From assembly GCF_002163755.1 (NCBI RefSeq), contig NZ_CP015864.1, forward strand, positions 1 to 64,000: a stretch of 64,000 nt of DNA, written 5' to 3'. The position numbers and the translations under genes were made by a program. The notes below the pieces were generated by a model. The model made no database searches, had not been told where the DNA came from, and saw only the letters and a list, made by a program, of their open reading frames with translations. This stretch comes from Vibrio campbellii CAIM 519 = NBRC 15631 = ATCC 25920. Lineage in GTDB: Bacteria; Pseudomonadota; Gammaproteobacteria; Enterobacterales; Vibrionaceae. Shown here piece by piece: positions 8,720 to 20,508 of the stretch. The first letter of the stretch is position 1. Each line of letters opens with the position of its first letter.

Positions 8720-11086
8720 TTACTTGCTCACTTTACCTAGCTTCAACCAAGTATCGATAACCGTATCTGGGTTCAATGACACAGAGCTAATGCCTTGCTC
8801 CATCAACCATTCCGCTAGGTCATCGTGGTCGGATGGACCTTGGCCACAGATACCGACGTATTTGCCTGCTTTGGTTGCCGCATCGATTGCCATTTGCAGC
8901 ATGGCTTTTACTGCTGGGTTACGTTCATCGAATAGGTGAGCAACATCGCCAGAGTCACGGTCAAGACCAAGTGTAAGCTGAGTCATGTCGTTCGAACCGA
9001 TAGAGAAGCCATCGAAGTACTTCAAGAACTCTTCAGCAAGTACTGCGTTTGACGGTAGCTCACACATCATGATGACTTTCAAACCTTGGTCGCCACGACG
9101 AAGGTCGAACTTGGCTAGTAGGTCGATTACTGATGCCGCTTCGCTCGGTGTACGTACGAATGGGATCATAATTTCAACGTTCTTCAGACCCATCTCGTTA
9201 CGAACGCGTTTGATTGCTTGAGTTTCTAGCTCGAAACAGTCTTCAAACACTGGAGAAATGTAGCGAGACGCACCACGGAAGCCCAGCATAGGGTTTTCTT
9301 CGTGTGGTTCGTAACCTTTACCGCCCACCAAGTTGCTGTACTCGTTCGATTTGAAATCAGACATACGAACGATCACGCGTTTTGGCCAGAATGCAGATGC
9401 AATGGTCGCAATACCTTCGGTTAGCTTGCTAACGTAGAAATCAATTGGATCTTTGTAACCACGGATACGATCAGTGATTTCAGCTTTTAGCTCATCGCTT
9501 TGTGCATCGAAGTTCAGCAAGGCTTTCGGGTGAATACCAATCATCTTGTTGATGATGAATTCAAGACGCGCAAGGCCCACACCTTCGTTTGGAATTTGAG
9601 CGAAGTCGAATGCACGATCTGGGTTACCCACGTTCATCATGACTTTCGTTGGAAGCAGTGGAAGCTCATCGACCGCAGAGCGCTTGATTTCAAACTCCAA
9701 CTCACCTTGGTAAACGTAGCCCGTTTCACCTTCTGCACACGACACAGTCACTGTCTCACCGTCCGTCAGTTTGCCGGTGGCATCACCACAACCAACGATT
9801 GCAGGAATACCAAGCTCACGTGCGATGATCGCAGCGTGACAAGTACGACCGCCACGGTTAGTGACAATCGCAGATGCCTTTTTCATTACTGGCTCCCAAT
9901 CTGGGTCAGTCATGTCTGTCACCAGCACATCACCGTCTTGTACCAGTGACATTTGGTCTAGAGAATCGACTAAGCGCACTGGGCCTTTACCGATACGTTG
10001 GCCAATCGCACGACCTTCAACCAAAACGTCTGCTTTGTTGCTTAGCTCGTAACGCTCAATCACGTTTTGCTCGCTTTGCGAACATACGGTCTCTGGGCGT
10101 GCCTGTACGATGTAAAGTTTGCCGTCGATGCCATCTTTTGCCCATTCAATATCCATAGGGCGTTTGTAGTGCTTCTCGATGATCATCGCTTGTTTTGCTA
10201 GCTCTTTGATCTCTTCATCATTCAGAGAGAAGGCGTTGCGCTCTTCTACTGGCGTGTCGATGATCTCAACTTGCTTACCGATCTCTTGACGGTCAGAGTA
10301 GATCATTTTTATCTGCTTAGAGCCAAAGGTCTTCTTAACAATCGGGTGTTGACCCGCTTCTAGCATTGGCTTGTGAACGTAGAACTCATCAGGGTTAACT
10401 GCGCCCTGAACCACCATTTCACCCAAGCCCCAAGAAGAGGTGATGAACACGACTTGGTCGAAGCCCGATTCCGTATCTAGGGTGAACATAACGCCAGAAG
10501 AGGCTTTGTCCGAGCGCACCATGCGTTGAATACCTGCCGACAGCGAAATGCCGCGGTGGTTAAAGCCTTGGTGTACACGGTATGAAATTGCACGGTCATT
10601 GAACAGAGAAGCGTAAACGTGCTTGGTCGCTTCTAGTACTGCATCAATGCCTTTTACGTTTAGGAACGTCTCTTGCTGACCAGCAAATGACGCATCCGGT
10701 AGATCCTCTGCAGTTGCAGAAGAGCGAACGGCAACAGAAATCTCAGGATGATTGTCTGTCAGTTCTTTGTAGTTATCACGGATGTCTTGTTCAAGATCCG
10801 CAGGGAACGGGGCTTCTAATACCCATTGACGAATGGTGGCACCTGTCTTTCGCAGAGCCTCTACATCCTCAACGTCTAGTTCATCAAGTAGTTGGTGAAT
10901 ACGCTCATCCAAACCTTCGTGGTCAAGGAATTGGTTAAACGCATATGAGGTTGTCGCAAAACCGTTTGGTACTGATACACCAACATTGGCTAGGTTAGAA
11001 ACCATTTCGCCAAGTGAAGCATTCTTACCGCCGACCTTGTCGACATCATCCATGGATAGTCCATTGAACCAGAGGGTGTTCTTTTG
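8720..11086 (-). CDS. ppsA: Phosphoenolpyruvate synthase
   Basis: N-terminus [29 protein letters not shown] matches PpsA. About 788 aa. Phospho-His and PEP-utilising domains readable. The track ORF start is 69 nt too far upstream. Confidence 0.9.
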   Translation of the reverse strand, partial: QKNTLWFNGLSMDDVDKVGGKNASLGEMVSNLANVGVSVPNGFATTSYAFNQFLDHEGLDERIHQLLDELDVEDVEALRKTGATIRQWVLEAPFPADLEQDIRDNYKELTDNHPEISVAVRSSATAEDLPDASFAGQQETFLNVKGIDAVLEATKHVYASLFNDRAISYRVHQGFNHRGISLSAGIQRMVRSDKASSGVMFTLDTESGFDQVVFITSSWGLGEMVVQGAVNPDEFYVHKPMLEAGQHPIVKKTFGSKQIKMIYSDRQEIGKQVEIIDTPVEERNAFSLNDEEIKELAKQAMIIEKHYKRPMDIEWAKDGIDGKLYIVQARPETVCSQSEQNVIERYELSNKADVLVEGRAIGQRIGKGPVRLVDSLDQMSLVQDGDVLVTDMTDPDWEPVMKKASAIVTNRGGRTCHAAIIARELGIPAIVGCGDATGKLTDGETVTVSCAEGETGYVYQGELEFEIKRSAVDELPLLPTKVMMNVGNPDRAFDFAQIPNEGVGLARLEFIINKMIGIHPKALLNFDAQSDELKAEITDRIRGYKDPIDFYVSKLTEGIATIASAFWPKRVIVRMSDFKSNEYSNLVGGKGYEPHEENPMLGFRGASRYISPVFEDCFELETQAIKRVRNEMGLKNVEIMIPFVRTPSEAASVIDLLAKFDLRRGDQGLKVIMMCELPSNAVLAEEFLKYFDGFSIGSNDMTQLTLGLDRDSGDVAHLFDERNPAVKAMLQMAIDAATKAGKYVGICGQGPSDHDDLAEWLMEQGISSVSLNPDTVIDTWLKLGKVSK

Positions 11087-11438
11087 CATGTCTTTCTCCA
11101 GAAACATTGCAGCTTTGTAGGGGGTTAATACCAACCTTGAACAGCGGTGGTTCATCCTTGCAGGTTAATGTCATCGAAGACACAGTCTCGGGCTGACAAC
11201 AGCCATTGCAGCTAAGGGGCGTTAACTACAACTTCCCAACTAGGGCTTAAACGAATTTTCCGACGCAAACATGTATCAACACTTTTCTTGGTTGATATGA
11301 AAGGCAAACGATTACGTGTTTACTTAAAAAAACTCCGAAGAATTTTCAAAGCTGTGGGGCACGCAATTGCAAGCCAAACTCATTTATTAATATTATGTAA
11401 ACCATCCTACTCAAATGAATTTGAAAAAATAAACAAAA

Positions 11439-12272
11439 ATGCAAATAAATAGCCAAAGTCGTGATGTATTCTATGTTTCTGACGGAACGGCCATAACATG
11501 TGAGACATTAGGCCATGTTGTTTTGGGTCAGTTTTCCTTCATTCCTAATGAAAAAACCTTCCCTTTTGTCGAAAGTGAAGACAAAGTTGCCGATGTCATC
11601 AAGGAAATCGAGATTTCCTACCAACGTGATGGGGTTAAGCCCTTGGTATTCTTCTCGATTGTTGTGCCAGAAATTCGTGAAATGTTACTCAAAGCGCCAG
11701 CTCACGGTTATGACGTGCTGGAGAGCATTGTGCAGAAGGTACAAGACGACATTCAGATGGAGCCACAGCCGAAGATGCAGCGCTCACGCAGCGTAAGCAA
11801 AGATTCGGACACCTATTTCGACCGTATCGCTGCGATTGAATACACGCTTGCTCACGATGATGGCATCACACTTAAAGGCTTGGATGAGGCCGATATTATC
11901 CTCCTTGGCGTGTCACGCAGTGGCAAAACACCGACCAGCCTGTACATGGCGATGCAATTTGGCTTACGTGTGGTGAACTACCCGTTTATTGCAGAAGACG
12001 TCAAGATGATGCGCTTATTGCCGGAGTTTGAGATTCATCGCCACAAGTTATTTGGTTTAACCATCAATCCAGAACGTTTGAACGAGATCCGCGAGAACCG
12101 ATTGTCAGGCAGCGAATACGCGAGCACAGAGCAATGTAAGTTGGAGCTTGATACGGTAGAAGCGCTGTTTAGACGGGAGGCAATTCCTTATATCAACACT
12201 TCGTCTTTGTCGGTGGAAGAAATCACTACGCGTATATTAGAAAAAGCAGGAATGAAACGTCGCCTATTTTAA
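11439..12272 (+). CDS. ppsR: PEP synthase regulatory protein (bifunctional kinase/pyrophosphorylase, DUF299)
   Basis: Divergent from ppsA. 277 aa. P-loop LGVSRSGKT. This is the conserved ppsR/ydiA arrangement. Confidence 0.85.
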   Translation: MQINSQSRDVFYVSDGTAITCETLGHVVLGQFSFIPNEKTFPFVESEDKVADVIKEIEISYQRDGVKPLVFFSIVVPEIREMLLKAPAHGYDVLESIVQKVQDDIQMEPQPKMQRSRSVSKDSDTYFDRIAAIEYTLAHDDGITLKGLDEADIILLGVSRSGKTPTSLYMAMQFGLRVVNYPFIAEDVKMMRLLPEFEIHRHKLFGLTINPERLNEIRENRLSGSEYASTEQCKLELDTVEALFRREAIPYINTSSLSVEEITTRILEKAGMKRRLF

Positions 12273-12306
12273 GAACATTTCCGGATATTACTTGTGAGCA
12301 GAACTT

Positions 12307-12346
12307 AACAAGGTGCTGATAGCCAATATCGGCACCTTGTTTTCTT
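12307..12346. terminator. Bidirectional intrinsic terminator between ppsR and the convergent MFS gene
   Basis: AACAAGGTGC-(15-nt loop)-GCACCTTGTT followed by TTCTTG. There is an A-run on the other side. Confidence 0.55.
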
Positions 12347-12413
12347 GTGGGTGTGTCTTTTTATGGAGGTCTTGTCTCAATTCATTGCATTGATGCTAAG
12401 TAAGCCGGAAGTA

Positions 12414-13625
12414 TTAACGGGTTTTGATCATTTGTGGTTTGCCTGAAATGAAAGCGATGCTAGTCCATAACAAGGAAATCGCAAATAGGAAAATCAAAGG
12501 CTCTTGCCAAGAATGAAAGGACTCATGCAAAAAGCCGAAAACAATCGGGCCAGTGGCGGCAAATAAATACCCGACGCATTGCGCCATACCTGACAGCGCA
12601 GCCGCTTGGTGTGCATCGTGCGTGCGTAAGCCGACAAAAGACAGGCTAAGAATAAACCCTCCACCAAGACTAAACCCGATCGCAATGATCCAAACCACAG
12701 CAAGCTGAGGCAATAGCATTAATCCGACAAGCCCTAATACGGCACAAGCTGAAATCATGCTGCTCAAACCGCGTTTGTCCTTCATTCTGGCCATAAGGGG
12801 AATAAGAACCAAAGCAGGAATAGCGGTGGCCAGTTGAAGCATTCCATGCAAGAAGCCAGCTTCACTCTCTGAATAACCCTTTTCAAGTAATATGTTTGGT
12901 AGCCAACATATCAAGGTGTACATCATAAAAGAATTAAGCGCGAGGTAGGTTGTAACCTGCCATGCTGAAAGTGTGTGCCAAAGATAATGATGACCTTCTA
13001 ATTTAATGGTATCTGCTGTTGGCCGGGTCTGCTGGCGTACTTGCGGTAGCCACAGCACAATCGCGAGAACTGGGAAAATCAAGACGCTAGCCAATGACAG
13101 TCCCCAGCGTGGGATTTGGTCAATGTGCAATTTTGTTGCCCAATCCATAATTGGATACGCTGCGCTTGCACTGATTGTTGATGCGACTCCCATCATCAAG
13201 ACATACATAGAAGTGAGAGTCGCTACCTTATTAGGAAAGTCTCTTTTTAGTAGGCTGGGCAAAAGTACATTCCCAAAAGCAATGCCAATGCCAATTAGTA
13301 GAGTGCCGCTATAAAGCATAGTAACAGACCCAAGTGAGCGTAGAACAATCCCGAAAGAGATAGTCATTAGTGCAAACATCAAAGCTGGTTCTAGCCCTAC
13401 TTTACGCGCAACGCCTGACGATATAGGAGAAAATACAGCAAAGGCGATCAAAGGTAAGGTCGTGATAAAACCCGCCAAAGTGGGTGAAAGTGCTAAGTCT
13501 TTGGAGATGAAATCGAGAATGGGACTTACCCCGGTGATTGGTGCTCTTAACGTGCTCGCGATAAACATAATACCAAGAATTAGGAAAAGAGGATGATTGA
13601 GCTTTGATGTATTTTTACGTGACAT
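12414..13625 (-). CDS. MFS transporter
   Basis: 403 aa with 12 predicted TM helices and a typical MFS loop after TM2 (GVARKVGLE). Confidence 0.7.
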   Translation of the reverse strand: MSRKNTSKLNHPLFLILGIMFIASTLRAPITGVSPILDFISKDLALSPTLAGFITTLPLIAFAVFSPISSGVARKVGLEPALMFALMTISFGIVLRSLGSVTMLYSGTLLIGIGIAFGNVLLPSLLKRDFPNKVATLTSMYVLMMGVASTISASAAYPIMDWATKLHIDQIPRWGLSLASVLIFPVLAIVLWLPQVRQQTRPTADTIKLEGHHYLWHTLSAWQVTTYLALNSFMMYTLICWLPNILLEKGYSESEAGFLHGMLQLATAIPALVLIPLMARMKDKRGLSSMISACAVLGLVGLMLLPQLAVVWIIAIGFSLGGGFILSLSFVGLRTHDAHQAAALSGMAQCVGYLFAATGPIVFGFLHESFHSWQEPLIFLFAISLLWTSIAFISGKPQMIKTR

Positions 13626-13718
13626 AGTGTCGCCTCCTAGATAGTGGCGTCATAGTACGTCTTCGATTAGAATCTGAATTTATCGATATTGACAAATTAT
13701 TGCTAAAAACAGACAAGC

Positions 13719-14498
13719 ATGGTGAACCCACTCTCTAGCTTCTATTTTGACTCTGATAGCTACCACCAAAAAGTGGTGGCGTTACGGATGCATGAAATTA
13801 AACAAGATGAACTGCCTTATCATCAGCACCACAAAGGACAATTGGTCATGCCTTTGACCGGGTTTGTAAAGAGTCAGATAGAAGATGCGATTTGGATGGT
13901 GCCAAATCAATGTGCGGTCTGGATTCCTAGCCAGATTCCTCATAAAAATGATATTGCTCCAAACTCCGATATTTACATGCTGTTTGTCGATCCGGCTGTT
14001 CAAGGTTTACCCAATAAAACGTGCACCTTATTGGTTTCTCCTTTATTGCGAGAATTAGTTATAGAGCTTGCCAGCGAAGAGAAAGACTATGATGAAGCAG
14101 GACGAGTTGGGCGTTTAGCCCAAGTTTTAATCGATGAACTTATCCGCATGCCGACAGAGCGGTTTGATTTCCCAATTCCAAGAGAGCCGAGACTCAATAA
14201 ATTAGCGTATTGGATGATTGATGATCCGAACAATCAAATACACGTTGGCCAATGGGCGAAATCATTGGCGATGAGCGAGCGCACTTTAGCGAGGTTGGTT
14301 AAACAAGAATTAGGCATGACGTTTGGTCAATGGCGAGCGCAATTACATGCGATTGTCTCGATACAAAAACTGTCGAAAGGAGAAAGTGTTCAACGAATTT
14401 CCGAAGATTTAGGCTATGAGTCGGTCAGTGCGTTCATCACTTTTTTCAAAAAATTATTAGGCAAACCTCCTGCTCAATATATGAAAGATTTTCGTTGA
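13719..14498 (+). CDS. AraC-family transcriptional regulator (cupin N-terminus, HTH C-terminus)
   Basis: C-terminal AraC HTH (ERTLARLVKQELGMTFGQW ... ISEDLGYESVSAFITFFKK). Divergent from the MFS gene. Confidence 0.75.
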   Translation: MVNPLSSFYFDSDSYHQKVVALRMHEIKQDELPYHQHHKGQLVMPLTGFVKSQIEDAIWMVPNQCAVWIPSQIPHKNDIAPNSDIYMLFVDPAVQGLPNKTCTLLVSPLLRELVIELASEEKDYDEAGRVGRLAQVLIDELIRMPTERFDFPIPREPRLNKLAYWMIDDPNNQIHVGQWAKSLAMSERTLARLVKQELGMTFGQWRAQLHAIVSIQKLSKGESVQRISEDLGYESVSAFITFFKKLLGKPPAQYMKDFR

Positions 14499-14685
14499 CA
14501 CCGAAGAGCAGGATGAAGAGGGGGGATAACCAGTAAGCTTGAGAGAGCTCAACACTCGCTCCTGCATAATTAGAGTAAAAATGGCTAATTAAAAATATGA
14601 GCTTCAAGTTAATCTCAATGAATTGAGCCGAGTTTTTAGCCTTGCACATACTCGAGCGAGGGCCAGACCAACAAGGAATTCGGCC

Positions 14686-16263
14686 TTAAATCGCAGTTGA
14701 CTTGCACTCTTTAAAAGCAGTAGTCGGTTTTACGTTCAAATAGTCAAGAAAATCTAGTTTAGGTAGTGGTTGCGAAAAGTAGAACCCTTGAATGTTATAG
14801 AATCCAAGATTACGCAAGATTTTTAACTGATTTAGATCTTCTACCCCTTCTACAATAACCGCCATACCAAGTGTTTTTGTAAGCGTATATATTGCCTCTA
14901 ACAAAGGTTGGATAGTCTGTCCGTTTCCAAGGTTATTGACGAACACGCGGTCAATTTTGATTATGTCGAATGAATACTGACTGATAAAATCCAAGCCAGA
15001 ATAACCTGTTCCAAAATCATCCACCGCAATACGAATTCCAAGCGCTGTAAGACGGTCTAAATGCTGACGAAGAATAACAAGCTCACTGCCGGTGAAGATT
15101 GCTTCTTCGGTGATCTCAAAAACCAAGTGTTCACTAATGAAATAATTGTATTTAAGGCGTGATTCGACTTGTCGAATGAAGTCTGCTCTGAGAATTAATG
15201 AACGGCACACATTGACGCTAATGTAGCGATCATCGAAAGCAATCTTATTACTGTTTATCATACTAATCACTTTATCCAACACAAGGTAAGTGATGTGTTC
15301 GATCAATCCAACCTTTTCTGCTAGGGGAATAAAGATGCTTGGCGAAATAAACCCCTGTACCGGGTCGTCCCAGCGAACAAGTGATTCTCCCCCGATAACG
15401 CTGCCATCACGTTGATCGACAATGGGTTGATAGTGAACAGTCAAATTACGTTCTTTAATCGCTCGTGAAAGTGAGAACTCTAAGCTATTTTTGGCGAACT
15501 TTCTTGAAGAAAAATATAAATGAATAAACAGTGCACACGCCATACCGAGCAATCCAACCCAAAACTTACTAAGTAAGAATTGAAAATAAAACGGGTAGCT
15601 GATCGCTGAGTAAACAGTAAATGGTAGAACTGAAGAGCTGACCTTTTCGAACCTAAGTTGATGTGACTTAACAGAACTTATGACTGTTTTTTCCATTATT
15701 TCGATACGGTAATCTATGTTGCCAAAGCGAAAAATATCGCTGATGAGAACTTCTAATAACTCTTTTGGGAAAACTACACTTATGCCACGACCGTGTTGCT
15801 TGGTGAAAAAGAGAAATAAAGCTTGATTGTTAGTTAACACTCTTTGAGTAAAAGCCAATGTTGTATGTCCAGCGCTGTCGCCAAGCCGCGTTAATACTGG
15901 TGAATAAATACTAAAAGATGGGTGGCGCTCGCTACTCATACACGACACTTTTCCGCTTGGATCGAAGATAGCGATGTCTTTAGCCATACCTAAACCAAAA
16001 ATGCTTGCTCTTAGATCATGGATTAGATCATCACATGACTTAAGAAAAAAGTCATCGTCTAGAAGATGTGTTAAATGCGCTACGTAATCGTAAAATTCAG
16101 ACTCAATCGTCAAGGTGGCCTCTTCGGTGAGCTTTTTATGATGTTTGTGCGAGAAAGGTATCAGCGCCAGCATTGTGACGCAAAAAGAGAGAACAGCAAC
16201 AAGCATCATTACAATCTTGTCACCCCAACTTTTGGATGGGCTTTTAAAAAATTTATTATTCAC
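14686..16263 (-). CDS. CSS-motif sensor domain plus EAL c-di-GMP phosphodiesterase
   Basis: N-terminal TM segment, periplasmic domain with conserved Cys residues, second TM, and a C-terminal EAL domain (QPIVDQRDGSVIGGESLVRW; DDFGTGYSGL). Confidence 0.75.
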   Translation of the reverse strand: MNNKFFKSPSKSWGDKIVMMLVAVLSFCVTMLALIPFSHKHHKKLTEEATLTIESEFYDYVAHLTHLLDDDFFLKSCDDLIHDLRASIFGLGMAKDIAIFDPSGKVSCMSSERHPSFSIYSPVLTRLGDSAGHTTLAFTQRVLTNNQALFLFFTKQHGRGISVVFPKELLEVLISDIFRFGNIDYRIEIMEKTVISSVKSHQLRFEKVSSSVLPFTVYSAISYPFYFQFLLSKFWVGLLGMACALFIHLYFSSRKFAKNSLEFSLSRAIKERNLTVHYQPIVDQRDGSVIGGESLVRWDDPVQGFISPSIFIPLAEKVGLIEHITYLVLDKVISMINSNKIAFDDRYISVNVCRSLILRADFIRQVESRLKYNYFISEHLVFEITEEAIFTGSELVILRQHLDRLTALGIRIAVDDFGTGYSGLDFISQYSFDIIKIDRVFVNNLGNGQTIQPLLEAIYTLTKTLGMAVIVEGVEDLNQLKILRNLGFYNIQGFYFSQPLPKLDFLDYLNVKPTTAFKECKSTAI

Positions 16264-16698
16264 AGTTATGGGTGCAACCAGAAAGTAATTGGGTAACGTA
16301 TATCAATTGTCTCACTTTTAGGAATTGAGCGCATAAAAGTGTGATATTCGTCATGTAAAATGTCTTTGAAATAGATTTTTAAGTCAGAAAGCGTGGATTC
16401 TCTAAATGTAAGGCGGCAGTAAAGAGACTACGTTTAAATTGGAGTCGGAATTCAGGCTGCTTTTGATATGATTATATTTATTTTTGGAATTAACTCTTGG
16501 AGGTTAAAGAGTCAATTGATGGTTGATAAAGGTGTTTGCTGTTAATGACGATAGAGTCTTGAGTACAAGTGCTCTTGATGTTTTGAGGATCCTATCTCTT
16601 TTTGAGCTTTTTACATAATTTTAAATGAAAGTGTAGTTTGTCGAAGGTCACGGAATAAGAGCATGCTGTATCCGAAGCTCTCAATGATTTGATGAAGT

Positions 16699-16738
16699 AA
16701 AAAAAGCGGCTTTACCCCGGAAAAGATAAAAGCCGCTT
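16699..16738 (-). terminator. Rho-independent terminator after the purA paralog
   Basis: Minus strand: AAGCGGCTTT-loop-AAAGCCGCTT followed by a 7-T run. Confidence 0.6.
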
Positions 16739-16793
16739 GCTAATATAACCAAGCACTTACTGTAACTTGGATATAGACGTGTTATTCCACGTC

Positions 16794-18050
16794 TTAGCGC
16801 ATAATCATTTGTTCACGACCAGGGCCAACCGATACCATTTTCACTGGTACGCCCATTAGCTCTTCAATACGCAGAACGTATTTTTGTGCCGCAACTGGTA
16901 GCTCTTCGAATTTACGGCAACCGGTAATGTCTTCACTCCAGCTTTCCATCTTCTCGTAGATTGGTGCTAGTGCAGCCGTTTGAGGCCAAATTGGGTTCTC
17001 ACTGTGCTCGCCTTCGTAACCAACACAGATTTTTAGATCTTTAAGACCTGTCAGACAGTCTACTTTTGTCAGTGCGATTTCAGTCGCTGCCTGAAGCTCA
17101 ACGCCGTTCTTAGTCGCTACTGCATCAAAGTAACCCATGTCACGTGGGCGACCTGTTGTTGCGCCGAACTCACCCGCTAGTTCACGGAATGCATCTTGCT
17201 CTTCCATTGCAGTGATTAACGTACCAGTACCTACTGATGAGCTGAACGCTTTTGCGACTGCAATAACACGCTCTGGACGCAGAGCAGGAAGACCACTACC
17301 GATGCCAGCGTACATAGACACAACGTTTGAAGAGGTTGTCCATGGGTACTCACCGTAAACAAGGTCACGGCCCGCACCTAGTTGTGCTTCGAACAGTAGA
17401 GTTTGGTCTTTTGCTTGTAGCTCTTTTAGCGGCAGCGTTACGTTGCAAATAGCATCACGCCAAGGGGCAGACACTTCCAGCAACCAGTTCGCCATTTCTT
17501 CAGCGGTTTGCTCGAATTCAAACGTTGGGTAAAGGGCACCTAGTTGTGGAAGTTTCCAGTCCATCCAGAACTTGATGCGTTCTACTAGAACTTCTGGTTG
17601 TTTTAACCAACCAACTAGGATGCCTTTTTTCATCACACGGTCGCCGTATGCAGGTGCAATACCTTGACGAGTTGAACCGTATGCTTTGTCGCCTAAGCGT
17701 TGTTCTTCTAGCGTATCTTCTAGTGCGTGTAGAGGTAGACACAGTGTTGCGCGATCAGAGATGCACATGTTCACTTTAACGCCCGCTTCCGCGACTTCCG
17801 CAATCTCCTCAGACAGCGACGCAGGGCTGATAACCATACCCGGACCTAAAACTGCCAAACAGTCAGGGTTGAAAACGCCACTTGGTAGCTGGTGCAGCTT
17901 GAACGTACCTAGGTCGTTAACTACGGTGTGACCCGCGTTGTTACCACCTTGGAAACGAATGCTTGCAGAAGCTTGCTCTGCCAAAAAGTCAACGATGCGG
18001 CCTTTGCCTTCATCACCCCAGTTTGCACCTACAACAACGATAGACGACAT
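16794..18050 (-). CDS. purA: Adenylosuccinate synthetase (divergent paralog)
   Basis: N-terminus VVGANWGDEGKGRIVDFLA ... FQGGNNAGHTVV and GATTGRPR motifs. 418 aa. Diverges from E. coli PurA along its length. Confidence 0.85.
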   Translation of the reverse strand: MSSIVVVGANWGDEGKGRIVDFLAEQASASIRFQGGNNAGHTVVNDLGTFKLHQLPSGVFNPDCLAVLGPGMVISPASLSEEIAEVAEAGVKVNMCISDRATLCLPLHALEDTLEEQRLGDKAYGSTRQGIAPAYGDRVMKKGILVGWLKQPEVLVERIKFWMDWKLPQLGALYPTFEFEQTAEEMANWLLEVSAPWRDAICNVTLPLKELQAKDQTLLFEAQLGAGRDLVYGEYPWTTSSNVVSMYAGIGSGLPALRPERVIAVAKAFSSSVGTGTLITAMEEQDAFRELAGEFGATTGRPRDMGYFDAVATKNGVELQAATEIALTKVDCLTGLKDLKICVGYEGEHSENPIWPQTAALAPIYEKMESWSEDITGCRKFEELPVAAQKYVLRIEELMGVPVKMVSVGPGREQMIMR

Positions 18051-18157
18051 AATTCATTCTCCAAAAACAGACCGGAAAATCTTAGGATGCTCGCATGAAT
18101 AAGAGAAATTAATTATACTAATTAAATTGATAAGAAAGTCATATTGGGTAATTTTCC

Positions 18158-19027
18158 ATGTTGGATTTGAACTGGTTACGTACGTTTGTCACTTTGGCAG
18201 AAGTAAAACATTTCGGAAAAACAGCGATTGAACTGCACATGACGCAGCCAAATGTCAGTCTTCATATCAAACAGCTAGAGCAAGCAACGCGGGCTAAGTT
18301 GATTGAACGTAACCCTGTGCAATTGACCCAAGCCGGAAAGCGTTTGTTAGACACCGCACAGCACATGCTGAATGAGCTGCAAATCTGCCAATCCGATCTC
18401 AATGCCATTAATGACTTAACGCAAGGAACGCTCTCGATTGCGGCGAGTGATATTGTCTCGCGCCTGTTACTTATCAAGCCATTCCAACAATTCAAAAATG
18501 AATATCCTGGTATCGATTTAGCGCTGTTCAACACCACTTCATCACAAGCGGTAGATTTAGTAAAAAGTGCCCGCGCAGACATCGGCTTTGTTATTGCGCA
18601 GAAAGAGAGTCAACCGCTGCACTTTACTCCTCTGACGCAAATACACTGGTGTGCTTTCGGCGATAATATTTTCAAATGGAAAGAGAACACAGAAGAAAAT
18701 CAAACCTTGATTCTACTGGGGCACGATACCCGAACGCGTGAACTGATTGATGCCTCTCTGCCAGAGCTAAACCTGCCAAAACACAGAGTTATGGAAGTGG
18801 GTAGTGTCGAGGCTCAAATTGATTGGGCAGAAGCCGGATTCGGAACGGCGATTGTGCCGGACTTCTCACTCGATCCAAGATTAAAACTCTCACGAGACGT
18901 GACGCCCTTACCCAGCTTCCCCAACACTGATTTTGGCTACATCGTGCGCCAGAATCAGGTGTTATCCAAAGCTGCCAAACAGTTATTGAAGTGGGTGGGT
19001 GAGAATGTATCTGTGGTAGAGGTTTAA
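18158..19027 (+). CDS. LysR-family transcriptional regulator
   Basis: N-terminal LysR HTH (LNWLRTFVTLAEVKHFGKTAIELHMTQPNVSLHIKQLE). 289 aa. Confidence 0.8.
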   Translation: MLDLNWLRTFVTLAEVKHFGKTAIELHMTQPNVSLHIKQLEQATRAKLIERNPVQLTQAGKRLLDTAQHMLNELQICQSDLNAINDLTQGTLSIAASDIVSRLLLIKPFQQFKNEYPGIDLALFNTTSSQAVDLVKSARADIGFVIAQKESQPLHFTPLTQIHWCAFGDNIFKWKENTEENQTLILLGHDTRTRELIDASLPELNLPKHRVMEVGSVEAQIDWAEAGFGTAIVPDFSLDPRLKLSRDVTPLPSFPNTDFGYIVRQNQVLSKAAKQLLKWVGENVSVVEV

Positions 19028-19031
19028 CGGT

Positions 19032-19421
19032 ATGCAAGACACAACGATTACCATCTCTTTACCATCTTTGATTCACCGAATTGGTGGTGACCATGCTAAG
19101 CGAGCCAAAGCTATAGCCGCAGAGAACAAGTGCGAACTGAAGCGCATTCGACGCTCTCGCAATTGGCAAATTGCTGGTGAAGCTCTGAATTTAAAAGCAT
19201 TTCTCGACGTTATCCGTTCCCAAGACGACGAAAATTTGCATTTTGTGATTAAAAAATTGGAAATTGGTCTTACCAAACACAGCGATAAGCTTGAACCTTT
19301 GGAAGCCAAACTTATTCGATTGGTAATGGAGAACCCAAACATTACTTTGGCAGAGCTAATGTCGGAAACAAATTGCACTTTAGTACAGGCAAGGAAAGCG
19401 CGTTTTGCAGCAAACGTTTAG
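19032..19421 (+). CDS. Hypothetical 129-aa protein, coupled to the LysR gene by a 4-nt gap
   Basis: No family recognised. Contains the source copy of a ~50-bp segment that is repeated at 21917-21967. Confidence 0.4.
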   Translation: MQDTTITISLPSLIHRIGGDHAKRAKAIAAENKCELKRIRRSRNWQIAGEALNLKAFLDVIRSQDDENLHFVIKKLEIGLTKHSDKLEPLEAKLIRLVMENPNITLAELMSETNCTLVQARKARFAANV

Positions 19422-19473
19422 CTAAAATACTATTCGCTGAAGTCTTGATTGTTAAAAATAAATAGAAGTGAGC

Positions 19474-20190
19474 TCACCTTCCAGTTTTATACCAATATCT
19501 ATCCGATATTTCTTTATTTTTTCCTTTAAGTATTTCTTTTATATTTAGCTTTAGCGCAAAAAAGTCACCAAATTGGTCAAACTTTCTTGTAGAGCAAGTA
19601 ACCTTAGATCTACTTATGGTGCCGTACTTCAAACTTCTTCTCTTGGCCAACTCTTTTAATCTGAGCGCGAAGTCAATGTCTTCAGCCATGAACAGATCTT
19701 CATCAAAATAACCTACTCTCTCAATATCTTCTTTTCTAGCCCAAAAAAGAACTAATGATACTCTCTTTTTCAGATTGATAATTGAAAATGCTAATAAAGC
19801 TGTAAGTAATATTCCTATTGAATATCTATCAGGACGAGCACTTATACCACCGCCAATGTACTTACCTGTCTCTAAGTGTCTTACAACCTCAGCTAATACG
19901 CCTGGATCCATAGTATTGTCTGCATCGAGGGTAACTATAACATCCCCACTGGCGTTTTTTATACCTGTATTTCTAACTCTTGATATGTTTGGGATTTCCT
20001 CCTTAACTAGGATGACATCATAAGACTTTGCGATAGACTCTGTGTTATCTGTACAGTTGTTTAAAACAACGATTATCTCAGTCTCAATCTTAATGTTTTT
20101 ACTTGCATTAATAACCGATTCAATCGAGCCTCTTATATATTTCTCCTCATTATGAGCAGGAATTATAACGGATATTTTTCTCACACACAT
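19474..20190 (-). CDS. Family 2 glycosyltransferase
   Basis: VIIPAHNEEKYI and DADN motifs of GT-A/GT2. Low GC compared with the flanking genes. Confidence 0.7.
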   Translation of the reverse strand: MCVRKISVIIPAHNEEKYIRGSIESVINASKNIKIETEIIVVLNNCTDNTESIAKSYDVILVKEEIPNISRVRNTGIKNASGDVIVTLDADNTMDPGVLAEVVRHLETGKYIGGGISARPDRYSIGILLTALLAFSIINLKKRVSLVLFWARKEDIERVGYFDEDLFMAEDIDFALRLKELAKRRSLKYGTISRSKVTCSTRKFDQFGDFFALKLNIKEILKGKNKEISDRYWYKTGR

Positions 20191-20508
20191 TATCTCTATA
20201 CCTAGTATTTTTACAAGAATATCTATTAATTACTGATTATAAATAAAATCTATGTTGTTTCAATGGTGAATTCTATAAAACTGATATGTAAGTGTTATCT
20301 AGGGTGAGTATAAGAACTGATGAACGATAAATTTTTATTAATTCTAACGAGTTCTGATAGATGAAGGTGCTTTAAATTCACTTCGTAAATGTAAGTGTTA
20401 ACTTTTATTGATTAAAGTCTTAATAAATATGAAGTGCGTCCTTAAGTTGATGTTTTTTTTGTAAGTGTTTGTATTAGAGTGGTTATCTATGTTTTAAAAG
20501 AGGTGATC

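Noticed and set aside
9500-10158. Several plus-strand ORFs of 63-149 aa inside ppsA
   Set aside because: They are antisense to a well-supported conserved gene, with no independent signals.
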